Assembly: GCA_032718475.1 (NCBI GenBank)
Contig: JAUCBJ010004384.1
Coordinates: 1 to 45,964, forward strand
DNA length: 45,964 bases
Direction: 5' to 3'
Source of the DNA: Nemertoderma westbladi
Lineage: Eukaryota; Animalia; Xenacoelomorpha
Below are positions 1-13,599 of this stretch, piece by piece; positions within the stretch are counted from its first letter, which is position 1; each line of letters opens with the position of its first letter. A program made the position numbers and the translations under genes. Under the pieces are notes generated by a model, which saw only the letters and a program-made list of their open reading frames with translations, was not told the origin of the DNA and made no database searches.

Positions 1-3000
1 AGGTAGTAAATCAGTTGTACTTGTAGGAGGTAGTAAATCACTTGTACTTGTAGGAGGTAGTAAATCACTTGTACTTGTAGGAGGTAGTAAATCACTTGTA
101 CTTGTAGGACGTAGTAAATCAGTTGTACTTGTAGGAGGTAGTAAATCACTTGTACTTGTAGGAGGTAGTAAATCACTTGTACTTGTAGGAGGTAGTAAAT
201 CACTTGTACTTGTAGGAGGTAGTAAATCACTTGTACTTGTAGGAGGTAGTAAATCACTTGTACTTGTAGGAGGTAGTAAATCACTTGTACTTGTAGGACG
301 TAGTAAATCACTTGTACTTGTAGGAGGTAGTAATAGTAAATCACTTGTACTTGTAGGAGGTAGTAAATCAGTTGTACTTGTAGGAGGTAGTAAATCACTT
401 GTACTTGTAGGAGGTAGTAAATCACTTGTACTTGTAGGAGGTAGTAAATCACTTGTACTTGTAGGACGTAGTAAATCAGTTGTACTTGTAGGAGGTAGTA
501 AATCACTTGTACTTGTAGGAGGTAGTAAATCACTTGTACTTGTAGGAGGTAGTAAATCACTTGTACTTGAAGGAGGTAGTAAATCACTTGTATTTGTAGG
601 AGGTAGTAAATCACTTGTACTTGTAGGAGGTAGTAAATCACTTGTACTTGTAGGAGGTAGTAAATCACTTGTACTTGTAGGAGGTAGTAAATCACTTGTA
701 CTTGTAGGAGGTAGTAAATCACTTGTACTTGTAGGAGGTAGTAAATCACTTGTACTTGAAGGAGGTAGTAAATCACTTGTACTTGTAGGAGGTAGTAAAT
801 CACTTGTACTTGTAGGAGGTAGTAAATCACTTGTATTTGTAGGAGGTAGTAAATCACTTGTACTTGTAGGAGGTAGTAAATCACTTGTACTTGTAGGAGG
901 TAGTAAATCACTTGTACTTGTAGGAGGTAGTAATTCACTTGTACTTGTAGGAGGTAGTAAATCACTTGCACTTGTAGGAGGTAGTAAATCAGTTGTACTT
1001 GTAGGAGGTAGTAAATCACTTGTACTTGTAGGAGGTAGTAAATCACTTGTACTTGCAGGAGGTAGTAAATCACTTGTATTTGTAGGAGGTAGTAAATCAC
1101 TTGTACTTGTAGGAAGTAGTAAATCACTTGTACTTGTAGGAGGTAGTAAATCACTTGTACTTGTAGGAGGTAGTAAATCACTTGTACTTGTAGGAGGTAG
1201 TAAATCACTTGTACTTGTAGGAAGTAGTAAATCACTTGTACTTGTAGGAGGTAGTAAATCACTTGTACTTGTAGGAGGTAGTAAATCACTTGCACTTGTA
1301 GGAGGTAGTAAATCACTTGCACTTGTAGGAGGTAGTAATAGTAAATCACTTGTACTTGTAGGAGGTAGTAAATCACTTGTACTTGTAGGAGGTAGTAAAT
1401 CACTTGTACTTGTAGGAGGTAGTAAATCACTTGTACTTGTAGGAGGTAGTAAATCACTTGTACTTGTAGGAGGTAGTAAATCACTTGTACTTGTAGGATG
1501 TAGTAAATCACTTGTACTTGTAGGAGGTAGTAAATCACTTGTACTTGTAGGAGGTAGTAAATCACTTGTACTTGTAGGACGTAGTAAATCAGTTGTACTT
1601 GTAGGAGGTAGTAAATCACTTGTACTTGTAGGAGGTAGTAAATCACTTGTACTTGTAGGAGGTAGTAAATCACTTGTACTTGTAGGAGGTAGTAAATCAC
1701 TTGTACTTGTAGGAGGTAGTAAATCACTTGTACTTGTAGGAGGTAGTAAATCACTTGTACTTGTAGGACGTAGTAAATCACTTGTACTTGTAGGAGGTAG
1801 TAAATCACTTGTACTTGTAGGACGTAGTAAATCACTTGTACTTGTAGGAGGTAGTAAATCACTTGTACTTGTAGGAGGTAGTAAATCACTTGTACTTGTA
1901 GGAGGTAGTAAATCACTTGTACTTGTAGGACGTAGTAAATCACTTGTACTTGTAGGAGGTAGTAAATCACTTGTACTTGTAGGACGTAGTAAATCACTTG
2001 TACTTGTAGGAGGTAGTAAATCACTTGTACTTGTAGGACGTAGTAAATCACTTGTACTTGTAGGACGTAGTAAATCACTTGTACTTGTAGGAGGTAGTAA
2101 ATCACTTGTACTTGTAGGAGGTAGTAAATCACTTGTACTTGTAGGAGGTAGTAAATCACTTGTACTTGTAGGAGGTAGTAAATCACTTGTACTTGTAGGA
2201 GGTAGTAAATCACTTGTACTTGTAGGAGGTAGTAAATCACTTGTACTTGTAGGACGTAGTAAATCAGTTGTACTTGTAGGAGGTAGTAAATCACTTGTAC
2301 TTGTAGGAGGTAGTAAATCACTTGTACTTGTAGGACGTAGTAAATCAGTTGTACTTGTAGGAGGTAGTAAATCACTTGTACTTGTAGGAGGTAGTAAATC
2401 ACTTGTACTTGTAGGACGTAGTAAATCAGTTGTACTTGTAGGAGGTAGTAAATCACTTGTACTTGTAGGAGGTAGTAAATCACTTGTACTTGTAGGAGGT
2501 AGTAAATCACTTGTACTTGTAGGAGGTAGTAAATCACTTGTACTTGTAGGAGGTAGTAAATCACTTGTACTTGTAGGAGGTAGTAAATCACTTGTACTTG
2601 TAGGAGGTAGTAAATCACTTGTACTTGTAGGAGGTAGTAAATCAATTGTACTTGTAGGAGGTAGTAAATCACTTGTACTTGTAGGAGGTAGTAAATCACT
2701 TGTACTTGTAGGAGGTAGTAAATCACTTGTATTTGTAGGAGGTAGTAAATCACTTGTACTTGTAGGAGGTAGTAAATCACTTGTACTTGTAGGAGGTAGT
2801 AAATCAGTTGTACTTGTAGGAGGTAGTAATAGTAAATCACTTGTACTTGTAGGAGGTAGTAAATCACTTGTACTTGTAGGAGGTAGTAAATCAGTTGTAC
2901 TTGTAGGAGGTAGTAAATCACTTGTACTTGTAGGAGGTAGTAAATCACTTGTACTTGTAGGACGTAGTAAATCACTTGTACTTGTAGGAGGTAGTAATAG

Positions 3001-6000
3001 TAAATCACTTGTACTTGTAGGATGTAGTAAATCACTTGTACTTGTAGGAGGTAGTAAATCACTTGTACTTGTAGGAGGTAGTAAATCACTTGTACTTGTA
3101 GGAGGTAGTAAATCACTTGTACTTGTAGGACGTAGTAAATCAGTTGTACTTGTAGGAGGTAGTAAATCAGTTGTACTTGTAGGAGGTAGTAAATCACTTG
3201 TACTTGTAGGAGGTAGTAAATCACTTGTACTTGTAGGAGGTAGTAAATCAGTTGTACTTGTAGGAGGTAGTAAATCACTTGTACTTGTAGGAGGTAGTAA
3301 ATCACTTGTACTTGTAGGAGGTAGTAAATCAGTTGTACTTGTAGGAGGTAGTAAATCACTTGTACTTGTAGGAGGTAGTAAATCACTTGTACTTGTAGGA
3401 GGTAGTAAATCCCTTGTACTTGTAGGAGGTAGTAAATCACTTGTACTTGTAGGAGGTAGTAAATCACTTGTACTTGTAGGAGGTAGTAAATCACTTGTAC
3501 TTGTAGGAGGTAGTAAATCACTTGTACTTGTAGGAGGTAGTAAATCACTTGTACTTGTAGGAGGTAGTAAATCAGTTGTACTTGTAGGAGGTAGTAATAG
3601 TAAATTACTTGTACTTGTAGGAGGTAGTAATAGTAAATCACTTGTACCTGTAGGAGGTAGTAAATCACTTGTACTTGTAGGAGGTAGTAAATCACTTGTA
3701 CTTGTAGGAGGTAGTAAATCACTTGTACTTGTAGGAGGTAGTAAATCACTTGTACTTGTAGGAGGTAGTAAATCACTTGTACTTGTAGGATGTAGTAATA
3801 GTAAATTACTTGTACTTGTAGGAGGTAGTAAATCACTTGTACTTGTAGGATGTAGTAATAGTAAATTACTTGTACTTGTAGGAGGTAGTAAATCACTTGT
3901 ACTTGTAGGAGGTAGTAAATCACTTGTACTTGTAGGAGGTAGTAAATCACTTGTACTTGTAGGAGGTAGTAAATCACTTGTACTTGTAGGATGTAGTAAT
4001 AGTAAATTACTTGTACTTGTAGGAGGTAGTAATAGTAAATCACTTGTACTTGTAGGAGGTAGTAATAGTAAATCACTTGTACTTGTAGGAGGTAGTAAAT
4101 CACTTGTACTTGTAGGAGGTAGTAATAGTAAATCACTTGTACTTGTAGGAGGTAGTAATAGTAAATCACTTGTACTTGTAGGAGGTAGTAAATCACTTGT
4201 ACTTGTAGGAGGTAGTAAATCACTTGTACTTGTAGGAGGTAGTAAATCACTTGTACTTGTAGGAGGTAGTAAATCACTTGTACTTGTAGGAGGTAGTAAA
4301 TCACTTGTACTTGTAGGAGGTAGTAAATCACTTGTACTTGTAGGAGGTAGTAAATCACTTGTACTTGTAGGAGGTAGTAAATCACTTGTACTTGTAGGAG
4401 GTAGTAAATCACTTGTACTTGTAGGAGGTAGTAAATCACTTGTACTTGTAGGAGGTAGTAATAGTAAATCACTTGTACTTGTAGGAGGTAGTAAATCACT
4501 TGTACTTGTAGGAGGTAGTAAATCACTTGTACTTGTAGGAGGTAGTAAATCACTTGTATTTGTAGGAGGTAGTAAATCACTTGTACTTGTAGGAGGTAGT
4601 AATAGTAAATCACTTGTACTTGTAGGAGGTAGTAAATCACTTGTACTTGTAGGAGGTAGTAAATCACTTGTACTTGTAGGAGGTAGTAAATCACTTGTAC
4701 TTGTAGGAGGTAGTAAATCACTTGTACTTGTAGGACGTAGTAAATCAGTTGTACTTGTAGGAGGTAGTAAATCACTTGTACTTGTAGGAGGTAGTAAATC
4801 GCTTGTACTTGTAGGAGGTAGTAAATCACTTGTACTTGTAGGAGGTAGTAATAGTAAATCACTTGTACTTGTAGGAGGTAGTAATAGTAAATCACTTGTA
4901 CTTGTAGGAGGTAGTAAATCACTTGTATTTGTTGGAGGTAGTAAATCACTTGTACTTATAGGAGGTAGTAAATCACTTGTACTTGTAGGAGGTAGTAAAT
5001 CACTTGTACTTGAAGGAGGTAGTAAATCACTTGTACTTGTAGGAGGTAGTAAATCACTAGTGCTTGTAGGATGTAGTAAATCACTTGTACTTGTAGGAGG
5101 TAGTAAATCACTTGTACTTGTAGGAGGTAGTAAATCACTTGTACTTGTAGGAGGTAGTAAATCACTTGTACTTGTAGGAGGTAGTGAATCAATTGTACTT
5201 GTAGGAGGTAGTAAATCACTTGTACTTGTACGAGGTAGTAAATCACTTGTACTTGTAGGAGGTAGTAAATCACTTGTACTTGTAGGAGGTAGTAAATCAG
5301 TTGTACTTGTAGGAGGTAGTAAATCAGTTGTACTTGTAGGAGGTAGTAAATCACTTGTACTTGTAGGAGGTAGTAAATCACTTGTACTTGTAGGAGGTAG
5401 TAATAGTAAATCACTTGTACTTGTAGGAGGTAGTAATAGTAAATCACTTGTACTTGTAGGAGGTAGTAAATCACTTGTATTTGTTGGAGGTAGTAAATCA
5501 CTTGTACTTGTAGGAGGTAGTAAATCACTTGTACTTGTAGGAGGTAGTAAATCACATGTACTTGTAGGAGGTAGTAAATCAGTTGTACTTGTAGGAGGTA
5601 GTAAATCACTTGTACTTGTAGGAGGTAGTAAATCACTTGTACTTGTAGGAGGTAGTAAATCACTTGTACTTATAGGAGGTAGTAAATCACTTGTACTTGT
5701 AGGAGGTAGTAAATCACTTGTACTTGTACGAGGTAGTAAATCACTTGTACTTGTAGGAGGTAGTAAATCACTTGTACTTGTAGGAGGTAGTAAATCAGTT
5801 GTACTTGTAGGAGGTAGTAAATCAGTTGTACTTGTAGGAGGTAGTAAATCACTTGTACTTGTAGGAGGTAGTAAATCACTTGTACTTGTAGGAGGTAGTA
5901 ATAGTAAATCACTTGTACTTGTAGGAGGTAGTAATAGTAAATCACTTGTACTTGTAGGAGGTAGTAAATCACTTGTACTTGTAGGAGGTAGTAAATCACT

Positions 6001-9000
6001 TGTACTTGTAGGAGGTAGTAAATCACTTGTATTTGTTGGAGGTAGTAAATCACTTGTACTTGTAGGAGGTAGTAAATCACTTGTACTTGTAGGAGGTAGT
6101 AAATCACTTGTACTTGTAGGAGGTAGTAAATCACTTGTACTTGTAGGAGGTAGTAAATCACTTGTACTTATAGGAGGTAGTAAATCACTTGTACTTGTAG
6201 GAGGTAGTAAATCACTTGTACTTGAAGGAGGTAGTAAATCACTTGTACTTGTAGGAGGTAGTAAATCACTAGTGCTTGTAGGATGTAGTAAATCACTTGT
6301 ACTTGTAGGAGGTAGTAAATCACTTGTACTTGTAGGAGGTAGTAAATCACTTGTACTTGTACGAGGTAGTAAATCACTTGTACTTGTAGGAGGTAGTAAA
6401 TCACTTGTACTTGTAGGAGGTAGTAAATCAGTTGTACTTGTAGGAGGTAGTAAATCACTTGTACTTGTAGGAGGTAGTAAATCACTTGTACTTGTAGGAG
6501 GTAGTAATAGTAAATCACTTGTACTTGTAGGAGGTAGTAATAGTAAATCACTTGTACTTGTAGGAGGTAGTAAATCACTTGTATTTGTTGGAGGTAGTAA
6601 ATCACTTGTACTTATAGGAGGTAGTAAATCACTTGTACTTGTAGGAGGTAGTAAATCACTTGTACTTGAAGGAGGTAGTAAATCACTTGTACTTGTAGGA
6701 GGTAGTAAATCACTAGTGCTTGTAGGATGTAGTAAATCACTTGTACTTGTAGGAGGTAGTAAATCACTTGTACTTGTAGGAGGTAGTAAATCACTTGTAC
6801 TTGTAGGATGTAGTAAATCACTTGTACTTGTTGGAGGTAGTAAATCACTTGTACTTGTAGGACGTAGTAAATCACTTGTACTTGTAGGAGGTAGTAAATC
6901 ACTTGTACTTGTAGGAGGTAGTAAATCACTAGTACTTGTAGGAGGTAGTAAATCACTTGCACTTGTAGGAGGTAGTAAATCACTTGTACTTGTAGGAGGT
7001 AGTAAATCACTTGTACTTGTAGGAGGTAGTAAATCAGTTGTACTTGTAGGAGGTAGTAAATCACTTGTACTTGTAGGAGGTAGTAAATCACTTGTACTTG
7101 TAGGAGGTAGTAATAGTAAATCACTTGTACTTGTAGGAGGTAGTAAATCACTTGTACTTGTAGGAGGTAGTAAATCACTTGTACTTGTAGGAGGTAGTAA
7201 ATCACTTGTACTTGTACGAGGTAGTAAATCACTTGTACTTGTAGGAGGTAGTAAATCACTTGTACTTGTAGGAGGTAGTAAATCAGTTGTACTTGTAGGA
7301 GGTAGTAAATCACTTGTACTTGTAGGAGGTAGTAAATCATTTGTATTTGTAGGAGGTAGTAAATCACTTGTACTTGTAGGAGGTAGTAAATCACTTGTAC
7401 TTGTAGGAGGTAGTAAATCATTTGTATTTGTAGGACGTAGTAAATCAGTTGTACTTGTAGGACGTAGTAAATCACTTGTATTTGTTGGAGGTAGTAAATC
7501 ACTTGTATTTGTTGGAGGTAGTAAATCACTTGTACTTGTAGGACGTAGTAAATCACTTGTACTTGTAGGAGGTAGTAAATCACTTGTATTTGTTGGAGGT
7601 AGTAAATCACTTGTACTTGTAGGACGTAGTAAATCACTTGTACTTGTAGGAGGTAGTAAATCACTTGTACTTGTAGGAGGTAGTAAATCACTTGCACTTG
7701 TAGGAGGTAGTAAATCACTTGTATTTGTTGGAGGTAGTAAATCACTTGTACTTGTAGGAGGTAGTAAATCACTTGTACTTGTAGGAGGTAGTAATAGTAA
7801 ATCACTTGTATTTGTTGGAGGTAGTAAATCACTTGTACTTGTAGGAGGTAGTAAATCATTTGTATTTGTAGGAGGTAGTAAATCACTTGTACTTGTAGGA
7901 GGTAGTAATAGTAAATCACTTGTATTTGTTGGAGGTAGTAAATCACTTGTACTTGTAGGAGGTAGTAAATCATTTGTATTTGTAGGAGGTAGTAAATCAC
8001 TTGTACTTGTAGGAGGTAGTAAATCACTTGTACTTGTAGGAGGTAGTAAATCACTTGTACTTGTAGGAGGTAGTAAATCACTTGTACTTGTAGGAGGTAG
8101 TAAATCATTTGTATTTGTAGGAGGTAGTAAATCACTTGTACTTGTAGGAGGTAGTAAATCATTTGTATTTGTAGGAGGTAGTAAATCACTTGTACTTGTA
8201 GGAGGTAGTAAATCACTTGTACTTGTAGGAGGTAGTAAATCATTTGTATTTGTAGGAGGTAGTAAATCACTTGTACTTGTAGGAGGTAGTAAATCACTTG
8301 TACTTGTAGGAGGTAGTAATAGTAAATCACTTGTATTTGTTGGAGGTAGTAAATCACTTGTACTTGTAGGAGGTAGTAAATCATTTGTATTTGTAGGAGG
8401 TAGTAAATCACTTGTACTTGTAGGAGGTAGTAAATCACTTGTACTTGTAGGAGGTAGTAAATCACTTGTACTTGTAGGACGTAGTAAATCACTTGTATTT
8501 GTTGGAGGTAGTAAATCACTTGTATTTGTTGGAGGTAGTAAATCACTTGTACTTGTAGGACGTAGTAAATCACTTGTACTTGTAGGAGGTAGTAAATCAC
8601 TTGTATTTGTTGGAGGTAGTAAATCACTTGTACTTGTAGGAGGTAGTAAATCACTTGTATTTGTTGGAGGTAGTAAATCACTTGTACTTGTAGGAGGTAG
8701 TAAATCACTTGTACTTGTAGGAGGTAGTAATAGTAAATCACTTGTATTTGTTGGAGGTAGTAAATCACTTGTACTTGTAGGAGGTAGTAAATCACTTGTA
8801 CTTGTAGGAGGTAGTAATAGTAAATCACTAGTACTTGTAGGATGTAGTAAATCACTTGTACTTGTAGGAGGTAGTAATAGTAAATCACTTGTACTTGTAG
8901 GAGGTAGTAAATCACTTGTACTTGTAGGAGGTAGTAAATCACTTGTACTTGTAGGACGTAGTAAATCACTTGTACTTGTAGGACGTAGTAAATCACTTGT

Positions 9001-10882
9001 ACTTGTAGGAGGTAGTAAATCACTTGTACTTGTAGGAGGTAGTAAATCACTTGCACTTGTAGGAGGTAGTAAATCACTTGTATTTGTTGGAGGTAGTAAA
9101 TCACTTGTACTTGTAGGAGGTAGTAAATCACTTGTACTTGTAGGAGGTAGTAATAGTAAATCACTTGTATTTGTTGGAGGTAGTAAATCACTTGTACTTG
9201 TAGGAGGTAGTAAATCACTTGTACTTGTAGGAGGTAGTAATAGTAAATCACTAGTACTTGTAGGATGTAGTAAATCACTTGTATTTGTTGGAGGTAGTAA
9301 ATCACTTGTATTTGTTGGAGGTAGTAAATCACTAGTACTTGTAGGAGGTAGTAAATCACTTGTATTTGTTGGAGGTAGTAAATCACTTGTACTTGTAGGA
9401 GGTAGTAAATCACTTGTACTTGTAGGAGGTAGTAATAGTAAATCACTAGTACTTGTAGGATGTAGTAAATCACTTGTACTTGTAGGAGGTAGTAAATCAC
9501 TTGTACTTGTAGGAAGTAGTAAATCACTTGTACTTGTAGGAGGTAGTAAATCACTTGTAGGAGGTAGTAAATCACTTGTACTTGTAGGAGGTAGTAAATC
9601 ACTTGTACTTATAGGAGGTAGTACATCACTTGTACTTGTAGGAAGTAGTAAATCACTTGTACTTGTAGGAGGTAGTAAATCACTTGTAGGAGGTAGTAAA
9701 TCACTTGTACTTGTAGGAGGTAGTAAATCACTTGCACTTGTAGGAGGTAGTAAATCACTTGTATTTGTTGGAGGTAGTAAATCACTAGTACTTGTAGGAT
9801 GTAGTAAATCACTTGTACTTGTAGGAGGTAGTAAATCACTTGTACTTGTAGGAGGTAGTAAATCACTTGTATTTGTTGGAGGTAGTAAATCACTAGTACT
9901 TGTAGGATGTAGTAAATCACTTGTACTTGTAGGAGGTAGTGAATCACTTGTACTTGAAGGAGGTAGTAAATCACTTGTACTTGTAGGAGGTAGTAAATCA
10001 CTTGTACTTGTAGGATGTAGTAAATCACTTGTACTTGTAGGAGGTAGTAAATCACTTGTAGGAGGTAGTAAATCACTTGTACTTGTAGGAGGTAGTAAAT
10101 CACTTGCACTTGTAGGAGGTAGTAAATCACTTGTATTTGTTGGAGGTAGTAAATCACTAGTACTTGTAGGATGTAGTAAATCACTTGTACTTGTAGGAGG
10201 TAGTAAATCACTTGTACTTGTAGGAGGTAGTAAATCACTTGTATTTGTTGGAGGTAGTAAATCACTAGTACTTGTAGGATGTAGTAAATCACTTGTACTT
10301 GTAGGAGGTAGTGAATCACTTGTACTTGAAGGAGGTAGTAAATCACTTGTACTTGTAGGAGGTAGTAAATCACTTGTACTTGTAGGATGTAGTAAATCAC
10401 TTGTACTTGTAGGAGGTAGTAAATCACTTGTACTTGTAGGAGGTAGTAAATCACTTGTACTTGTAGGAGGTAGTAAATCACTTGTACTTGTAGGAGGTAG
10501 TAAATCACTTGTACTTGTAGGAGGTAGTAAATCACTTGTACTTGTAGGAGGTAGTAAATCACTTGTACTTATAGGAGGTAGTACATCACTTGTACTTGTA
10601 GGAGGTAGTAAATCACTTGTACTTGTAGGAGGTAGTAAATCACTTGTACTTGTAGGAGGTAGTAAATCACTAGTACTTGTAGGAGGTAGTAAATCACTTG
10701 TACTTGTAGGAGGTAGTAAATCACTTGTACTTGTAGGACGTAGTAAATCACTTGTACTTGTAGGAGGTAGTAAATCACTTGTACTTGTAGGAGGTAGTAA
10801 ATCACTTGTACTTGAAGGAGGTAGTAAATCACTTGTACTTGAAGGAGGTAGTAAATCACTTGTACTTGTAGGAGGTAGTAAA
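1..10882. repeat. 27-bp tandem array (consensus AGGAGGTAGTAAATCACTTGTACTTGT), ~400 copies, runs off the left edge
   Basis: Directly visible. Variants are point changes plus +6 (TAATAG) and -6 (TACTTG) indels. All ORF-track entries 4956-10975 are translations of this unit. Confidence 0.99.
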
Positions 10883-11289
10883 TTTGTTTGCACTCTTATT
10901 TTAACAACTCATTTTAAATGGGGGCTCAAAGCTATAAATTCCATATCAGAGGCGCCATTACAGCATTGTAAATAAATGTAAGCCTACTAAAGCGCTATTG
11001 GAGGAAGTTATGTGTGACAGCGCAATGTTAATCAAATTTAGAACAACAACTAGTGAGACCTTATCCCTTCTTTTGGTCTAACTTCATTTAACCAACGCAA
11101 CAACGCCTTATTATCTTGCTCCAACTCTCCCAAAAGAGAAGTCCTAACGTCTTGTGTTGATTCGATTTGCCCAAGTATTGAAACATAATAATTATAATAA
11201 TTAATGCTCGGGCTGTCGATAATCGTACTCATCGTAGCCGATTCTGTTTTCTGTTAAACGACTACACTGACATAATATATGTATTTTGT

Positions 11290-11555
11290 ACTTACATATA
11301 CATATGAAATGGATAAGATGTGTGTGTAAGTGTGTACCTGCCAATGTGCACTGTATTGGAGGTTTCATTATATATTCAATAAATCACAGACCCTAGCAAC
11401 CAATGGCATCTCTTCACTAACACTTGCATGTGAACTGAGGCTGGATCCGTTGACCCTCGAAAATTTAACGAAATAATAATAGCCTTAGGTTGAAATCGAA
11501 CCTGCTCCAGCTACCAATAGTGTAAAAAGAGCGGCGCCTAACTCATTGGGCCATA
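11290..11555 (-). mobile_element. Probable tRNA-derived SINE (degenerate)
   Basis: Minus strand has an A-box-like TGGCCCAATGAGTTAGG (~11553-11537) and a B-box GGTTCGATTTC (~11502-11492), followed by a non-tRNA body. The 3' end is uncertain. Confidence 0.45.
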
Positions 11556-11628
11556 TTTATTGCCGCAATAATTATTTATTGCTGCAATAATTATTTATTG
11601 CTGCAATAATTATTTATTGCCGCAATAA
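11554..11628. repeat. 18-bp minisatellite (TATTTATTGCYGCAATAA) x4
   Basis: Four direct copies, each internally palindromic (TTATTGC-Y-GCAATAA). Confidence 0.9.
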
Positions 11629-12196
11629 CAATTGAACATCTTTTAAAAATTTTCATGAGTGACTTAATTATTTCACACACTATTATATTATTTATAATTA
11701 TAAGAACTGCAGTAATGGTTATGATTTTGATCCTTTTGAGACGCCATACAGCTTCACGAAATGTTAATGAATTCGATTAAAGAAGTGGTAATGTTCTATA
11801 TCAGAATGTTTGGTCTGGAGGTTCATGTGCGAATAACACTGCCCTGTGCCAGTTGCACAGATAAAACTGTTAGGTAATAAAAACAAATGATAAAAAAGGT
11901 TATGGAATAATAATAATAATACATGAATAGTTGGTAATAGACCCAAGTAGGGCACAATCAAATACTATTTAGGTAGTCTTGGGCACAATAACATCACCTA
12001 GTCGGATTATAATTCGCGCAGTTACTACTAATGATACTTCAACTAATAGTCTAGCCTACCACTCAGGAGTTGGCGCACAAAAAACTCTATTCTAATCTAA
12101 AGTCTAAAGAGGAAACCCAACAGCGGCCTGTCTGTAGTTTGTCTAAAATCCTAACACAAAAATAATTAGTACCTCAAACCAAAGTAATAAATACAT

Positions 12197-13249
12197 TTAT
12201 TTGGGCGGATTCTTCCTCACAAAGTCTACTCCCTTCTGGATGGATGTCTTGAGTTCGTCCTTGGCGCCTTCGATTAGTGCAAGTTCCCGAGGGTTGAGCC
12301 CCCCGATGCCGAGGTTGCGAGCGATCCCATCGACGCCCAACTCGATTGGACTCGAGAAGAAGTCGAGCCCCGGAACCACATCGGAGGCGACGTAAGCGCA
12401 CTCTACGATACCGCGATCGCCCAGCAAAGCTTTAATAAGCGAGTTAGTGAAGCGCGCGCCGGCGAAGGCCATAGAGAGAGTGGCGCTGCCGGCGCCCGCC
12501 TTGGCCTTGACGACCTCCGTGCCGGCGTCCTGGATCCGCGGGATCAGTGTGTCCAGCTGGGCCTCGGATAGTTTCACCGGGGGGATCGACTTGGAGATAC
12601 ACGGGATAATGGTGATCCCGGCGTGTCCTCCGACCACGGGGACGTTGACCCCGGTGGGATCCATCCCGGCCAGCTCGGCCACGAAGGTGTTCGCGCGAAC
12701 GATATCCAAAGTCGTCACACCGAATATCCGCTTGGGGTCGTACTTACCCGCGGCCTTGAAGACCTCCGCGGTGATGGGAACCGTGGAGTTAACGGGGTTG
12801 GCTATGATGGCGATCATCGCGGTTGGGCAGTAACGAGCGCACGCGGTCGACAGACTCGCCACGATGGAGGCGTTCGTGTTGAACAGATCGTCTCGAGTCA
12901 TCCCGGGTTTACGGGGGACGCCGGCGGGGATGACGACCGCGTTGCAGCCGGTCAGACAGGCGGACAGCTCGTCCGGCCCGGTATGGCCTGTTACTGTGGC
13001 CGGAGTGTCGATGTGACTGAGGTCCGCCGCCACTCCGGGACAGTTGACGATGTCATAGAGTGCGAGGTGCTTGATGGAAGGGTTGTTTTTCAGGAGAAGC
13101 GATAGAGGTTGCCCGATACCGCCCACTGCTCCGAGAACGCCAACCTTCATTCCGCGGTTGGGAACGCCGGCGAATCGGTTGGGAACGGATGAAAGTCGAC
13201 TGGAAGAGGAGCGGAGAGAACGGGAGAGCGGTTGCAACAGAGACATCAT
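12197..13249 (-). CDS. MDH2: Mitochondrial malate dehydrogenase, single exon, 350 aa
   Basis: Arg/Ser-rich N-terminal presequence. Motifs [53 protein letters not shown] and [12 protein letters not shown]. Confidence 0.97.
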   Translation of the reverse strand: MMSLLQPLSRSLRSSSSRLSSVPNRFAGVPNRGMKVGVLGAVGGIGQPLSLLLKNNPSIKHLALYDIVNCPGVAADLSHIDTPATVTGHTGPDELSACLTGCNAVVIPAGVPRKPGMTRDDLFNTNASIVASLSTACARYCPTAMIAIIANPVNSTVPITAEVFKAAGKYDPKRIFGVTTLDIVRANTFVAELAGMDPTGVNVPVVGGHAGITIIPCISKSIPPVKLSEAQLDTLIPRIQDAGTEVVKAKAGAGSATLSMAFAGARFTNSLIKALLGDRGIVECAYVASDVVPGLDFFSSPIELGVDGIARNLGIGGLNPRELALIEGAKDELKTSIQKGVDFVRKNPPK

Positions 13250-13599
13250 TACGGTATTACCTGATTACTGTGTTTGTGTACGGGGTACCGGTAGTTGTAC
13301 GTGGATAGGCCCTATCCAGCTATCAGTGCTGCAGTGTTATGACAGTATGATGTTATATCCTAATTACCAGAGTTCTTGTTATTTGACACACAAATTCAGC
13401 CTAATTCGTTTCTATGGTAGCTGCAGCTGGGTAGACCTTTCGATGGTAAAATAGGCTAGGCGTATTTAATCTCAACACGGGGTAGACGGACAGTATTCCC
13501 GGACCGCATGTTCCAGATAACTTAAGCTTTCTTTCGTTTGAGGGATAGGAAGTTTGTGAATATGTTTCGAGTGATAGCGGTGGAAAGCTTTTACAGTAT

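Noticed and set aside
4956-10859. (YYLLQVQVI)n minus-strand ORFs
   Set aside because: Translations of the satellite, repeatedly broken by TAA from one variant.
12174-13454. ORFs overlapping MDH2 (and similar ones over UBE3B and the transposase)
   Set aside because: Shadow frames of real coding sequence.
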